Position numbers and translations under genes: made by a program. The notes beneath the pieces were generated by a model. It did not search any database and was not told where the DNA came from. It saw nothing but the letters and a program-made list of their open reading frames with translations. Positions 10,406 to 20,521 of a stretch of DNA of 64,000 nt are shown here, piece after piece; positions within the stretch are counted from its first letter, which is position 1; each line of letters opens with the position of its first letter. This stretch comes from Patescibacteria group bacterium (lineage in GTDB: Bacteria > Patescibacteriota > Microgenomatia > Levybacterales > UBA12049), in assembly GCA_023484045.1 (NCBI GenBank), contig JAMDAA010000018.1, forward strand, positions 4 through 64,003. Direction: 5' to 3'.

Positions 10406-11489
10406 AAAATTTTTGATTATACCGATGTTATTTGTTGCTTTAGTGATCGGAACTTTTGTGTTCACGAGAAAAACAGGGACAAATATTTCCGACGTTCAAA
10501 CAGTCGAAGTAAAAAAAGCAAACAGTCAAACTCTTATTGAAGGAGATGTCGAGTCACAAAACCAGGCGACTTTGCATTTTCAAACCGGCGGAAAACTTAC
10601 CTATCTTCCTTTTAAAGAAGGAGACGCCGTGTACCAGGGCCAAACGATTGCCCAGCTTGACACATATACTTTACAAAGACAGTTAACAAGCGCTTTGAAT
10701 AATTATAGGTCGACACGCGATACATTTGATCAAACAAAACAAAACAGCGACACCGGTGTTTTACAGGGCCAACAGCGTTATGGTCTTGAAATCACAAACA
10801 AAGTTGCAAAATCAGGTCAAGACGAAGTCGATGTTGTTAATGATATTGTAAAAAGAATTCTCGACCAAAATCAGGCAAACTTAGATAATTCTGTCATAAA
10901 TGTTGAACTCGCAAATTACGCGTTGCAATTCGCAACTTTAACTTCTCCGATAAACGGAGTCATAACACACGAAGACGTTACTGTACCAAACCAAAACATT
11001 ACAACCCAGACTTCGTTTGTTGTCTCTGATCCAAACTTGATCGTGTTTACAGGCTATATACCGGAAAGCGAAATTTCTCTTATAAGAATCGGCGCTAAAG
11101 CGGCTATAAGACTTTCGGGTCTTTCTGATAACCCGATATCGGGTGTCGTAGATAAAATCTACCCGCAAAAAATCCAAACTTCAAACGGAAAGACCGCATA
11201 CAAAGTTGATATTAAATCGGGCGATCTTACAGCTCTTGGAAAATTCGGGCAAACAGGATCCGTTCTTATCGAGAATAATGTCGATAGCGACTCGGTCTTG
11301 ATCCCAAACTGGACAGTTTTACAAAATAAATATGTCTGGGTACTAAATAATGACAAACCGGAACTCAGAACAATCGAAGCCGGTAAAACGATCGGGGAAT
11401 ACACCGAAGTTAAAAGCGGACTGACAAATGACGAAAAGATTATTTTAGACCCGAAATCTATTGTTTCAAAATATTACATATATGAATAA
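10383..11489 (+). CDS. efflux transporter periplasmic adaptor (membrane fusion protein, HlyD/RND-MFP family)
   Basis: N-terminal TM anchor, biotinyl-lipoyl-like and beta-barrel segments ('LTSPINGVITHEDVTVPNQ'); operon context with the MFS pump. Confidence 0.6.
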   Translation: MKKIMKNKKFLIIPMLFVALVIGTFVFTRKTGTNISDVQTVEVKKANSQTLIEGDVESQNQATLHFQTGGKLTYLPFKEGDAVYQGQTIAQLDTYTLQRQLTSALNNYRSTRDTFDQTKQNSDTGVLQGQQRYGLEITNKVAKSGQDEVDVVNDIVKRILDQNQANLDNSVINVELANYALQFATLTSPINGVITHEDVTVPNQNITTQTSFVVSDPNLIVFTGYIPESEISLIRIGAKAAIRLSGLSDNPISGVVDKIYPQKIQTSNGKTAYKVDIKSGDLTALGKFGQTGSVLIENNVDSDSVLIPNWTVLQNKYVWVLNNDKPELRTIEAGKTIGEYTEVKSGLTNDEKIILDPKSIVSKYYIYE

Positions 11490-12132
11490 AGTTAAAAAAC
11501 TATTTACCAAAATATTAAAGTCAAAAAGACTTTTAGCGATTATAATCTGTGTGATCGCAATCGCAGGTGGAACTTTTTATTATATAACGACCGTGAATCG
11601 TGTTTACACGGATTCTGCCCAAGTTTCTGCGCCGATAATAAATGTTTCGCCATCTGTTTCGGGAAAACTGTTGAGTGTTAACGTCTACGAAGAAGAAAAA
11701 GTAAAAAAGGGCGACGAACTCGCGGTTTTTGATTCCGATACGGTCAAAGCCTACACCGACGGAATAATAATCACTGTTAATAAAACAATCGGTACGATCA
11801 TGAATGCACAAACACCGGCAGTACAGATGATTGATCCGAATGAAATAAGAATCGTTGCGACTATCGACGAAAATAAAGGCTTAAACAACGTAAGAGTAGG
11901 ACAACCCGCATCGTTTACGATCGACGCTCTCCCCGGAAAAACATTTTGGGGATATGTCGACGAGGTCGCCCCGTCAGCAAAACAGACACAGATGTCGTTT
12001 TCGATATCGAGTGAAAGACCTGTTCAGCAATTTAACGTGTACATAAAATTTAATGTAAACGCAAATCCCGAAATCAAAAACGGGATGTCTGCAAAAGTTA
12101 CAATCTACACAAAAAATATTCCATCTAAATAA
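11461..12132 (+). CDS. HlyD/EmrA-family membrane fusion protein
   Basis: N-terminal anchor; 'VSAPIINVSPSVSGKLLSVNVYEEEKVKKGDELAVFDS' lipoyl-like motif; overlaps neighbours (operon). Confidence 0.6.
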   Translation: MFQNITYMNKVKKLFTKILKSKRLLAIIICVIAIAGGTFYYITTVNRVYTDSAQVSAPIINVSPSVSGKLLSVNVYEEEKVKKGDELAVFDSDTVKAYTDGIIITVNKTIGTIMNAQTPAVQMIDPNEIRIVATIDENKGLNNVRVGQPASFTIDALPGKTFWGYVDEVAPSAKQTQMSFSISSERPVQQFNVYIKFNVNANPEIKNGMSAKVTIYTKNIPSK

Positions 12133-13632
12133 ATGAAAAAAGGCAAATTCGAAACCCACCAATGGATCGTTTTGGCAACTGTCATGATCGCGAGTTTCTT
12201 AGGACGGCTCGACGGAACGATCGTAAATTTAGCACTCCCCGATATTATCAAAGATTTCGGAATAACGATTTCGCAGGCGAGCTGGATCTCGACCGCGTAT
12301 ATTATCGCAAACGCAATTTTTGTCCCGATTTTTGGAAAACTCGGGGATTTGATCGGACGAAAACCGTTGTATCTTTTTGGTATCGTCGGATTTACTTTAA
12401 CTTCGGCTTTGGCCGGACTTTCATTTAACCTTTCGTCGATGATTGTTTTTAGAATTCTCCAGGCGGTCACTGTTTCGATCGATTATCCTCTCGCTTTATC
12501 GATTCTTGCGTACACATTTAAAGATCAAAAACAGAGAACTCAGGCGATGGGTCTTTGGTCTGCGGTTTTTGCCGTCGCGGCGGTTTTCGGACCGTTAATC
12601 GGTGGGCCTTTGGTCGATAATTTTTCCTGGAGAGCAGTATTTTATATAAACATTCCGTTTGGAATTTTAGGGACTTTAATGGCGTGGAGATTTATAAAAG
12701 AACCCGTCGAAAAAATTAAAGGAATTAAAAACTTTGATGTGATCGGATCGCTCCTTTTGGGTGTGACGCTTGGAACACTCGTTTTGGTTTTGGATCAGGG
12801 ACAAGCTTGGGGCTGGACGAGTTTGACAAGCATTATTTATTACGCAATCTCGATTATTTCCTTAATTGTTTTTATCTTTGTCGAAAAAACCCAAAAAGAA
12901 CCGGTCGTCGATCTAAAATTTTTCAAATTGAGAACTTTCACTGCATCCATAATTTCTTCCTTTATCTCGTTTACCGGAATGATGGGTGGAATGTTTATTT
13001 TACCGATTTTTGTTCAAACGTATCTTGGATATTCAGTTACAAAAACAGGTTATCTATTTATTCCGATGGCAACGGGCATGATGATTTCGGCGCAAATCGG
13101 AGCGCGGCTTTCGACAAAAATACAGCCGCGATATGTAATTGCCCTTGGGATGTTTTGGGGTGCTTTTTCGATGTTTATGTTTTCGGGGATCGATATAAAA
13201 TGGACTTTTTGGGACATGGGTTATAGACTTTTCTTTTTTGCTTTCGGTTTAGGTCTTGGAATCGCACCTTTGACAAACGCCGCGACATCTTCTGTTCCGT
13301 TAAATGAGATCGGAATCGCGTCATCTGTTTTGGCCCTGGCAAGAAATATCGCAGGCGCTTTTGGTATCGCGATTTTTGCGACGATACTGTCTGACAGCAT
13401 AACGTCAAATATGCTTTCGATTAAAATTAATTCTATCGTGAACACCAGTAATCCGAATTTAATCCAGACGATATTTGGGCTCATGGCGATAAAAGCGAAT
13501 ATCGTCGCGTTTCAAACAGTGTTTAAAAGCGCCGTCTGGGTAATGATTATTGGTGGAATATCAGCATTTTTTATAAAAGACGGGAAACACGATACTGCGG
13601 CAAAAAAAGAATTCGCCGTTCCTGAACTATAG
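12133..13632 (+). CDS. MFS transporter, DHA2 (EmrB/QacA) family, 14 TM
   Basis: 'GRLDGTIVNLALPDI', 'GKLGDLIGRK' motifs; ~14 hydrophobic helices. Confidence 0.8.
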   Translation: MKKGKFETHQWIVLATVMIASFLGRLDGTIVNLALPDIIKDFGITISQASWISTAYIIANAIFVPIFGKLGDLIGRKPLYLFGIVGFTLTSALAGLSFNLSSMIVFRILQAVTVSIDYPLALSILAYTFKDQKQRTQAMGLWSAVFAVAAVFGPLIGGPLVDNFSWRAVFYINIPFGILGTLMAWRFIKEPVEKIKGIKNFDVIGSLLLGVTLGTLVLVLDQGQAWGWTSLTSIIYYAISIISLIVFIFVEKTQKEPVVDLKFFKLRTFTASIISSFISFTGMMGGMFILPIFVQTYLGYSVTKTGYLFIPMATGMMISAQIGARLSTKIQPRYVIALGMFWGAFSMFMFSGIDIKWTFWDMGYRLFFFAFGLGLGIAPLTNAATSSVPLNEIGIASSVLALARNIAGAFGIAIFATILSDSITSNMLSIKINSIVNTSNPNLIQTIFGLMAIKANIVAFQTVFKSAVWVMIIGGISAFFIKDGKHDTAAKKEFAVPEL

Positions 13633-13650
13633 TATAATTAATATTAAACT

Positions 13651-14586
13651 GTGAACGCTTATAAAATAAAAGTGAACGGGAAAATATTAGATTATCGTTT
13701 AGGAAATAATTTGAATCTCGACGATGTTAAATCGTATTTCGAGAAAGAATATAAAGTCGAAAAACTTTGGCAGGAGACACGACACGTTGTCGGTTATCTT
13801 AAGAAAGTTGATCGCGAACTGTTTTTAAAACTTTCAACAACCGAAGGGATTAGCGCGGTTACCAAAATTGAAGAGAGTTGGAACGAAGAATTTAATAAAC
13901 GAGTTTCGCGAACACAAAAATTTTGGGTTCCGAAAAACTTTGGCAGCGGATACTATAAGGATAATCTTTTTTATTTAATAACCGATCTATTTAACGGGAA
14001 CAAGCTTTGCGAAAGAGTCGATGATAAAACAATCACTGATGAACTAAAAACAAGCATCGAAGATATTATCGAATTTTCCGAAATTATACAAAATTTGAAT
14101 CTTAATATTTTAAATTATGACAAAAACTTAAATTACAAAGACCGATTTATAAATAAAACTAATTCCTGGTTTAACGCGATCCCAAAAGACGTAAAAGAAA
14201 AATATTTACTTTCCAAACTTTTAGATGCAGTAAAAAACGGTGCAAATAATCTTTCAGCGAAAGCCCGACACGGAGACTTTACCCCCTGGCATATGATAAG
14301 ACTAAAGACCGGACAACTCGGGCTAATCGACGGAGAACACGCCTTATCAAAAAGTGTTGAGTATTACGATATAGCGTATTTTATACAGAGAGTGTTTTCT
14401 GTTTTAAAAAATCCTGAATTTGCCCAAAAATCAATAAACTTACTCATTAAAAAAAATTACGATTTAAACAAACTGAAAGTTCTTCTCGCAGCGCGCGCCG
14501 TAGGTGGATTCTTGGACGAATCCCTAACATCTTCCCCGGATTATACTTTTAGTGAAAGGTTTAAGAATTGGGTTATTCATCTTTAA
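13651..14586 (+). CDS. aminoglycoside/choline-kinase-like phosphotransferase family protein
   Basis: catalytic loop 'HGDFTPWHM' and 'LIDGEHA' resemble the APH/ChoK HGDxxxxN and IDxE motifs. Confidence 0.45.
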   Translation: MNAYKIKVNGKILDYRLGNNLNLDDVKSYFEKEYKVEKLWQETRHVVGYLKKVDRELFLKLSTTEGISAVTKIEESWNEEFNKRVSRTQKFWVPKNFGSGYYKDNLFYLITDLFNGNKLCERVDDKTITDELKTSIEDIIEFSEIIQNLNLNILNYDKNLNYKDRFINKTNSWFNAIPKDVKEKYLLSKLLDAVKNGANNLSAKARHGDFTPWHMIRLKTGQLGLIDGEHALSKSVEYYDIAYFIQRVFSVLKNPEFAQKSINLLIKKNYDLNKLKVLLAARAVGGFLDESLTSSPDYTFSERFKNWVIHL

Positions 14587-14917
14587 TTTGATGATTAAAC
14601 TAAAAGTAAAAATACTCAGAAGTTTTAAAGAAAAAACGATCGGGCTTTTAAACGCCAAGAAAGCAATTCCTGTTTTTATCAAAACGCGGTTTGGGATTCA
14701 CACTTTTGGTCTTAAATTTTCGATCGACGTTTTGGTTTTAGACAAAAACGATAAAGTGGTCAAAATTTCGAAGAATTTAAGACCGGACAGAATTTTTCTT
14801 TGGAATCCGGTTTTTAACAAAATCGTTGAACTCCCATCCGGCGAAATTAATAAGAACAAGATAAAAATCGGGGATAAAATTAGAATTATTAGTTATAATA
14901 CAGTCCATGAAAAATAA
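14552..14917 (+). CDS. DUF192-family protein
   Basis: 'GLLNAKKAIPVFIKTRFGIHTFGLKFSIDVLVLDKNDKVV...VELPSGEI' matches the DUF192 (COG1430) pattern; true start probably the internal Met at ~14591. Confidence 0.55.
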   Translation: MKGLRIGLFIFNLMIKLKVKILRSFKEKTIGLLNAKKAIPVFIKTRFGIHTFGLKFSIDVLVLDKNDKVVKISKNLRPDRIFLWNPVFNKIVELPSGEINKNKIKIGDKIRIISYNTVHEK

Positions 14918-15374
14918 ACTAACAATAATAAAGCCCGATCCTTTGGGCATATTGAAATCGACAAAAAAAATATTAGATGGTGCGAGCTTTGTTTTTTTAA
15001 AAACCGATGAGATACCCAAAATCTCAGGCAAAATCAAAAAATTGATGACAAGAAAGTTCGACAAAACAGAACAATTTCACCTTACCGGAAATTACAAAAA
15101 CGACGTACAACTAATTTTTCTCGAGGATGTTGTCAATTTCTGTTATTGGCCGGACCCGGGAAATCCCAAATGGGGCGTTGAGTGGCCAAAAGGAAAAATT
15201 GTAAAAGGCGGGTGGTTCTCCCTTACTGCGTGTCTTGCACGAGCCTTAAAAGAAAATCCAGATATCCTCGACGCAGTTTATTTAAAAAATCTTTCCTTAA
15301 ATGACGCGAGAAAAATATTCGGCAACAGAAATCGACGAAGCATTATGGGTTTTAAGCCAAAACTCCCAAGATAG
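14907..15374 (+). CDS. hypothetical protein
   Basis: 155 aa ORF; no secure domain. Confidence 0.35.
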   Translation: MKNKLTIIKPDPLGILKSTKKILDGASFVFLKTDEIPKISGKIKKLMTRKFDKTEQFHLTGNYKNDVQLIFLEDVVNFCYWPDPGNPKWGVEWPKGKIVKGGWFSLTACLARALKENPDILDAVYLKNLSLNDARKIFGNRNRRSIMGFKPKLPR

Positions 15375-15428
15375 AACTAAACCTTACCATCGTACGCGCA
15401 CGATTTTTTATTAAAAATACTAGTAGTA

Positions 15429-15566
15429 TTATTTTCCAAGGTGTTTAAAAAATTCGACTTGTCTTAGTCTTTTTTTTGCCTCTTCTTCTGTTTTATACGG
15501 CCCGCCCAAATTTCGACGCGTTTTTTCGGATAAAACAAAATACCCGGCTTTTCGTTTTACGATCAT
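15429..15566 (-). CDS. possible unannotated small protein (45 aa, MIVKRKAGYFVLSEKTRRNLGGPYKTEEEAKKRLRQVEFFKHLGK)
   Basis: hand translation of the minus strand in an otherwise empty 320-nt gap; TATAAT-like box about 25 nt upstream; weak SD. Confidence 0.2.
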   Translation of the reverse strand: MIVKRKAGYFVLSEKTRRNLGGPYKTEEEAKKRLRQVEFFKHLGK

Positions 15567-15696
15567 ACGAAACCCTGTGAGTAAACTCGCGGTATTATTA
15601 TACCACTTCTTTTTTAAAAGAAAATCCAGAAAATTGAATTATGGACTTTTCTTGCGTTAATACTTAAAATGAGATGTTAACAGAGTTTCATTTAAA

Positions 15697-17424
15697 ATGA
15701 AGAAAATTTATTTGCACATTATTATTCTGGTAATACTTTCGAGCTTACTGAGGTTTATTTTTTTAGACAGAACCCCAATCGGCATAAGCGGGGACGAACT
15801 TGATTATGTTTTAAACGCAAAAGCGGTTGCGCTAACCGGAAAAGACATCAGCGGCCTATGGTCTCCTTTTTCTTTATCAACTCCTCCCCACGAAGTTCCC
15901 AAAGCAGAACTTCCGTATCTTTTTGTCACACCATTTATGAAATTTTTACCTCTTAATTTGCTTTCAGCGCGTCTGCCTTACGCTTTTTTTAGCGTACTTT
16001 TTGTTGTTTTAATTTATCTTATCGGGAGGCGTTTATTTTCTTCTTCTCAAGCTTTCATAATCGGTCTTATCGCCGCAATAAATCCGTGGTTTATATATTT
16101 TGGCCGAACGGCATTTGACGCGCCACTCGCTGTTTACTTATATTTTCTTGCTTTTTATATTCTTTTAAAACTTAAAAAAAATAAAATATTTATCGCATTT
16201 CCATTTTTTTTCTTTGCGTTTTTTTCTTATATCGGAACAAAAATTATCTATCTTCCGTTTTTATTTATATCCGTATTTTATGTTTGGAATCGAAATAAAA
16301 AAAGAGACACAAAAAAATACGTATTGTTTACTCTTTTATGTTTAATTCCGTTTTTATTTTTTGTCATCACGTTAAGTCAAAGGCCCGCGGTTTTTCGCAT
16401 ATCGGATCTTAGCTCCTTTAATAGACCGGAAATCGCGCGCGCAGTCGACGAGGAAAGAAAGCTATCAATACAAACCCCCCTCACCCTAATTTTCTCGAAT
16501 AAATTATTTGTATTTTTTAAACAACTTGTTAATAATTATTTAGGTTCTTTTTCGGAAAATTATCTTTTTTTATACGGAGAAAACAGTCCTTTTATTTCTC
16601 TTTGGTATCATGGAATATTTTATTATATAGACTCTATATTTCTGCTTATTGGACTGTGCGCGCTTTTTAAAAAAAATCCAAAAATATTTCTTTTGTTTCT
16701 AGCTATTATACTTATAGCTCCCATTCCGTCTATGGCAAGCGTTGTCGGGATTTCTTACTCAATCCGCGCTTCTCTTATGTTTCCCGTAATGGTTTTTATC
16801 ATCGGATACGGTATTTCTTATGTTCTTTCTTTTTATAAATCGTTCACATATAAAATTACAATCTCCTGTTTTATTTCCGGATTGTATTTACTGCTTTTGC
16901 TGAATTTTTTAAACATTCTTCTTTTTAGAAATCCTATATACGCTTCGGAAACATTTGGATTTAGCGGAAGAGAGGTGGTTAAATATATTCTTCTTGCGGA
17001 AAAAGAAAATAAAAACGTTATTTTTTTGAATAAACCGAGTGAATTTATTCCTTATTTTTTTAAACAATATCTATTTTATTCAGACGGATACAAAATAACT
17101 AATGCACGACAAATTTCTAAAATAATAAAGTCCGGTAATTATTCTATCAACAATTTTAGAATCAGCGACTGCCGGGAAAACATCGACAAAAACAGCATAA
17201 TTATCGCCGAACCCGATTCAAAATGCGCGACGCTTAGTAAATTTAATCATCCCCTAAGCATTTCGCGGCTTGCAGACGGAGGAACTATTTATAAGATTTA
17301 TAACGACGACATTTGCAGCAAATATAAACTGGAGAGATATCCGTCGTCGATTAGTCTTAACGATTTGCAGATCGAGAAGCTTTCCGAAAAACAATTTTGC
17401 GAAACATTTATTTCAGATTTGTAG
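15697..17424 (+). CDS. GT-C fold glycosyltransferase (PMT/ArnT-like, family 39/83-like), polytopic membrane protein
   Basis: N-terminal 'LRFIFLDRTPIGISGDELDY' DE-motif loop typical of PMT/ArnT mannosyl/arabinosyl transferases; >10 TM helices. Confidence 0.5.
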   Translation: MKKIYLHIIILVILSSLLRFIFLDRTPIGISGDELDYVLNAKAVALTGKDISGLWSPFSLSTPPHEVPKAELPYLFVTPFMKFLPLNLLSARLPYAFFSVLFVVLIYLIGRRLFSSSQAFIIGLIAAINPWFIYFGRTAFDAPLAVYLYFLAFYILLKLKKNKIFIAFPFFFFAFFSYIGTKIIYLPFLFISVFYVWNRNKKRDTKKYVLFTLLCLIPFLFFVITLSQRPAVFRISDLSSFNRPEIARAVDEERKLSIQTPLTLIFSNKLFVFFKQLVNNYLGSFSENYLFLYGENSPFISLWYHGIFYYIDSIFLLIGLCALFKKNPKIFLLFLAIILIAPIPSMASVVGISYSIRASLMFPVMVFIIGYGISYVLSFYKSFTYKITISCFISGLYLLLLLNFLNILLFRNPIYASETFGFSGREVVKYILLAEKENKNVIFLNKPSEFIPYFFKQYLFYSDGYKITNARQISKIIKSGNYSINNFRISDCRENIDKNSIIIAEPDSKCATLSKFNHPLSISRLADGGTIYKIYNDDICSKYKLERYPSSISLNDLQIEKLSEKQFCETFISDL

Positions 17425-17485
17425 ACGATTAAATTATTATAAATTCTTCATCCAATCGTGGGCAAACATTTCGGCTTTTTCGTTA

Positions 17486-17656
17486 TCAATTACCTTCAAT
17501 ATTTTCTTTGCGACGTATTCGGCTGTATCGGGCGAACGGAGCGGTTAAACTTATTCCGACCAACGCCCGTTTTAAAGAAGAATAGGCACTCATATTGGGT
17601 AGATGCATTAAGGCTGTTCCGGAATTAATATTAACGATTACGCCTTTTCCCTCGAG
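17486..17656 (-). pseudogene. remnant of a short-chain dehydrogenase/reductase (SDR) gene
   Basis: minus-strand translation 'LEGKGVIVNINSGTALMHLPNMSAYSSLKRALVGISLT' contains the SDR NNAG-region and YxxxK motif, but the fragment is ~57 aa with an in-frame stop upstream. Confidence 0.4.
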
Positions 17657-17735
17657 TGAATTTGGATGATTATATCACTAGACCACAAAAAAACGCCCTT
17701 CCTCTCGAGCGCTTTAAATTTTTGGCAGATATTAA

Positions 17736-18110
17736 TTAATGCATCGGAGCAGTCTGCATCTGTTTTATCCCGAGTAAGTGTTCTTTATTATTGTAATCTA
17801 CTGCCGCTACGTCATATGTATAAAGTGTGTTCGGCTTCAAATATTGAATCGTGTAGCTGTACGAGTTCGCAGATAAATCCTTACACCTAACCGCGTGCTG
17901 CCAAGTTTTCGAACTGCTCTCCTTGTAGTAAATTCTGTAACACCTTGTGCCCGCAGAATTTTGCCAATTTATAGTAGCTTTATTATAGTTATCGTTCGTC
18001 TGGGCAAACGCGCTTCCTGCAAACAAGAAACCGAGGATCGTTGCTGTTGCGGCCGAAACTAAAAACTTGTCCATGGAAATATTATTGCGATAATTATCAC
18101 AGGTTGTCAA
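17736..18110 (-). CDS. small secreted protein with fibronectin-III-like domain
   Basis: signal peptide 'MDKFLVSAATATILGFLFAGSAFA' (true start likely 18065), 'YRIYYKESSS..W....C.DLS...YSYTIQYLKPNTLYTYDVAAVD'. Confidence 0.45.
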   Translation of the reverse strand: MTTCDNYRNNISMDKFLVSAATATILGFLFAGSAFAQTNDNYNKATINWQNSAGTRCYRIYYKESSSKTWQHAVRCKDLSANSYSYTIQYLKPNTLYTYDVAAVDYNNKEHLLGIKQMQTAPMH

Positions 18111-18130
18111 GAGGGGAAATTATTATAGGG

Positions 18131-18666
18131 CTAATTTTTGCCTTTTAAGTATTTATTTACAGATGAAATCTGATTATAAGCTTGATAAACACGACTAATT
18201 AATAATGACGTTTCTTTTGTTCCGTAAAGCATATGAATTTGTTTTGCTTTTATTCGTTTTGCCAAGATAATACAATGCAAACTTGAAAAATCCTGCATCA
18301 TTACCGGCGAAATCCAACGATCTTTTAATTTTGACAAATCTTCTTTAAAATACGGAGACAAAGAGCAAAGTATTAGTCCGTTAACTTTTACTTTTGTCGA
18401 TGCGATAAACGCGATCATCGCGCCGAACGAAAAACCGAGTATATATTTCTCCTTTGTATTTATTTTTTTGTACTCTTTTAAAAAATACTCTGTATTTTCA
18501 GAATTTTAGCAATTTTCTTATACGCCTTATTCGTTGGCAAATGTTTATAGCCTGGAATGACGAAAATAGTTTTTTTCTGAAGCATGGGGGAGATTAGTAA
18601 AGGAGAGCCTAAAACTCCAAATCCGACGTTTCTGTATCCTTTTTTTTCTTTTTGACCAAATACCAA
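18131..18666 (-). pseudogene. alpha/beta-hydrolase (esterase) gene split by a frameshift
   Basis: N-terminal part (18478..18666, '...TIFVIPGY...') and C-terminal part (18131..18418) are in different frames; the nucleophile-elbow 'GFSFGA' lies in the gap frame contiguous with the downstream ORF. Confidence 0.45.
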
Positions 18667-19646
18667 ATTATTCCAAAAGTTCCGGATATGACGACTAGAA
18701 TCGCCGGGATTAAAACGACATAATTTATGTCGGAAGCTGATTCCTGATTTGCCGGCTGGTATTGTTCGGAAGTTATTTGCGGCTCGGGAGTTTGTGTCGG
18801 CGAAGGCGTATTCATATCCTGTTCTGTGTTATTTCTTATTGAATTATCAAACGGGTTCACAATTTCTGTCGGTGTCGGAGTTAGAGTCGCGCTCACAGTC
18901 GCAACTGTGGTCGCAGTCGGAACTACGATCGGATTTACTAAAGAGACGTTTGCCGATAATTCGTTTGAAAAATCTCCCGGCGTGCAACCATTAACCGCCC
19001 GAACAACAAAATAGTATTTTACGTTTTTTTGTAATCCGCCGACTGTATAAGATATCGTGTCTTTTCCGCCGACATTTGGATTACCGTATATATATTGGCT
19101 GGACACAACGCCATAAGCCACTAAATAGTGTGACACCGGATCTAAAGCCTTTGTCCATGTTAATGTAATTTGATTTGATCCGCTTACAACAGTCGATATT
19201 AATTTCGGCGCACCGACCGGTTTCGGATCGGGACAGGACGGCGCCGAGTGCGGAGAAGCTGTAAAAGTTATCTGTCCGAATTTTACAAGCGTAGTCGATG
19301 TCGAGTTATCAACAACATTAACATAATCTGTATTAGGACTCGGAGACGTTACACTAAACGTTGCTTTTCCCGAAGCGTCAAGAATTGCCGAACTCGGGCT
19401 AATTGCGACGTTATTTGGGATCGACAAACTCACAGTATCACCGTTCAATGCTGTTCCCGCGCTATCTTTTAAAGTCACCGTAATCGTAACAACAGTTGTT
19501 CCATCGGCCGGGACAGAAGAAGGACTCACGGAGATACTCGAATGGCTCGCATCCGGTTGACTCCCTGCGAGGGAAGGGTTGAAAAAAGAACTTACAAAAA
19601 AAGAAATAAAAAAGGCGACAAAAGTCAAAAACAACCTATGTCTCAC
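18609..19646 (-). CDS. cell-surface protein: signal peptide, Big/Ig-like and FN3-like domains, Thr/Pro linker, C-terminal TM anchor
   Basis: 'MRHRLFLTFVAFFISFFVSS' signal; 'PSCPDPKPVGAPKLISTVVSGSNQITLTWTKALDPVSHYLVAYG' FN3-like; C-terminal 'VVLIPAILVVISGTFGIIWYLVKKKKK'. Confidence 0.6.
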   Translation of the reverse strand: MRHRLFLTFVAFFISFFVSSFFNPSLAGSQPDASHSSISVSPSSVPADGTTVVTITVTLKDSAGTALNGDTVSLSIPNNVAISPSSAILDASGKATFSVTSPSPNTDYVNVVDNSTSTTLVKFGQITFTASPHSAPSCPDPKPVGAPKLISTVVSGSNQITLTWTKALDPVSHYLVAYGVVSSQYIYGNPNVGGKDTISYTVGGLQKNVKYYFVVRAVNGCTPGDFSNELSANVSLVNPIVVPTATTVATVSATLTPTPTEIVNPFDNSIRNNTEQDMNTPSPTQTPEPQITSEQYQPANQESASDINYVVLIPAILVVISGTFGIIWYLVKKKKKDTETSDLEF

Positions 19647-20011
19647 AATATAAGAATATCACTAATCCAAATATAAAATAAAAAATTGCTGTCATCAAAT
19701 GGCCGCAGAACGTGAGTAATGGTGAAAGTAATCGGAGCTTTTTATTTATTCAAAATATTTACTGATCTTTTAATCGCCACAAATCCGTAACCCCACAAGA
19801 AAGGCAACCATAAAGGCATTAAGCCGAATAAACTATTTCTGCTAAAAGTTTCTGCACCTGTAGATACAAATAAATATTCAAAAATTACCATTACGCAAAA
19901 ACCAAAAATAAAAAATAAAATATCTTTTGATTCAAATTTTATAATCAACGATATTATAAGACTATTCTTTTTTCCATTTTTTCCCTTCGATTCGCTTCGC
20001 TCACTCAGGGT

Positions 20012-20281
20012 TTACAACTTTTTTAATAGTGCTTTATCTCCTTTAATTAAAGCTTCTTTTTTAGATCGCGACCAACTCTTTAATTGATATTCTCTTTGCA
20101 TTGCTTCTTTTCTTGAATTATAAGTTTCTGAGTAAGCCAATTCAAAAGAGTAAAAATTCCTAATATATTTTGCGGATTTCGAATTTTTAGCTTTATGCTC
20201 TTTCAGTCTTTTCTTTAAATTATTAGTTTGTCCAATATATAAAGTGTTTGAAGAGGTTCGAAGAATATAGACGTAGAACAT
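20012..20281 (-). CDS. GIY-YIG nuclease family protein (small, homing-endonuclease-like), copy 1
   Basis: 'MFYVYILRTSSNTLYIGQTNNLKKRLKEH' GIY-(10)-YIG motif; 89 aa. Confidence 0.8.
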   Translation of the reverse strand: MFYVYILRTSSNTLYIGQTNNLKKRLKEHKAKNSKSAKYIRNFYSFELAYSETYNSRKEAMQREYQLKSWSRSKKEALIKGDKALLKKL

Positions 20282-20450
20282 GGTTCGACTACGCGCTCAC
20301 CACACTCGACTCAAGTGCTATAGCCATGAGCGAACGAAGTGAGTCGAATGGCTGCTGGGCTTGGATTCCCCGCCTGCGGTCGCCTGAGGCGACAGCCGAT
20401 GGCGGGCAGGGAACCAAAATAAACGGATCCCCGCCTTGCCAAAGCCTGAG

Positions 20451-20521
20451 CTGCGGGACATGGATTCGAACCATGATACTGGGATCCAAAGTCCCATGTC
20501 CTACCATTAGACGATCCCGCA
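20451..20521 (-). tRNA. tRNA-Gln (anticodon TTG)
   Basis: manual cloverleaf: acceptor TGCGGGA/TCCCGCA, 3-bp D stem, anticodon stem TGGGA/TCCCA with loop CTTTGGA, T arm CATGG-TTCGAAT-CCATG. Confidence 0.8.
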
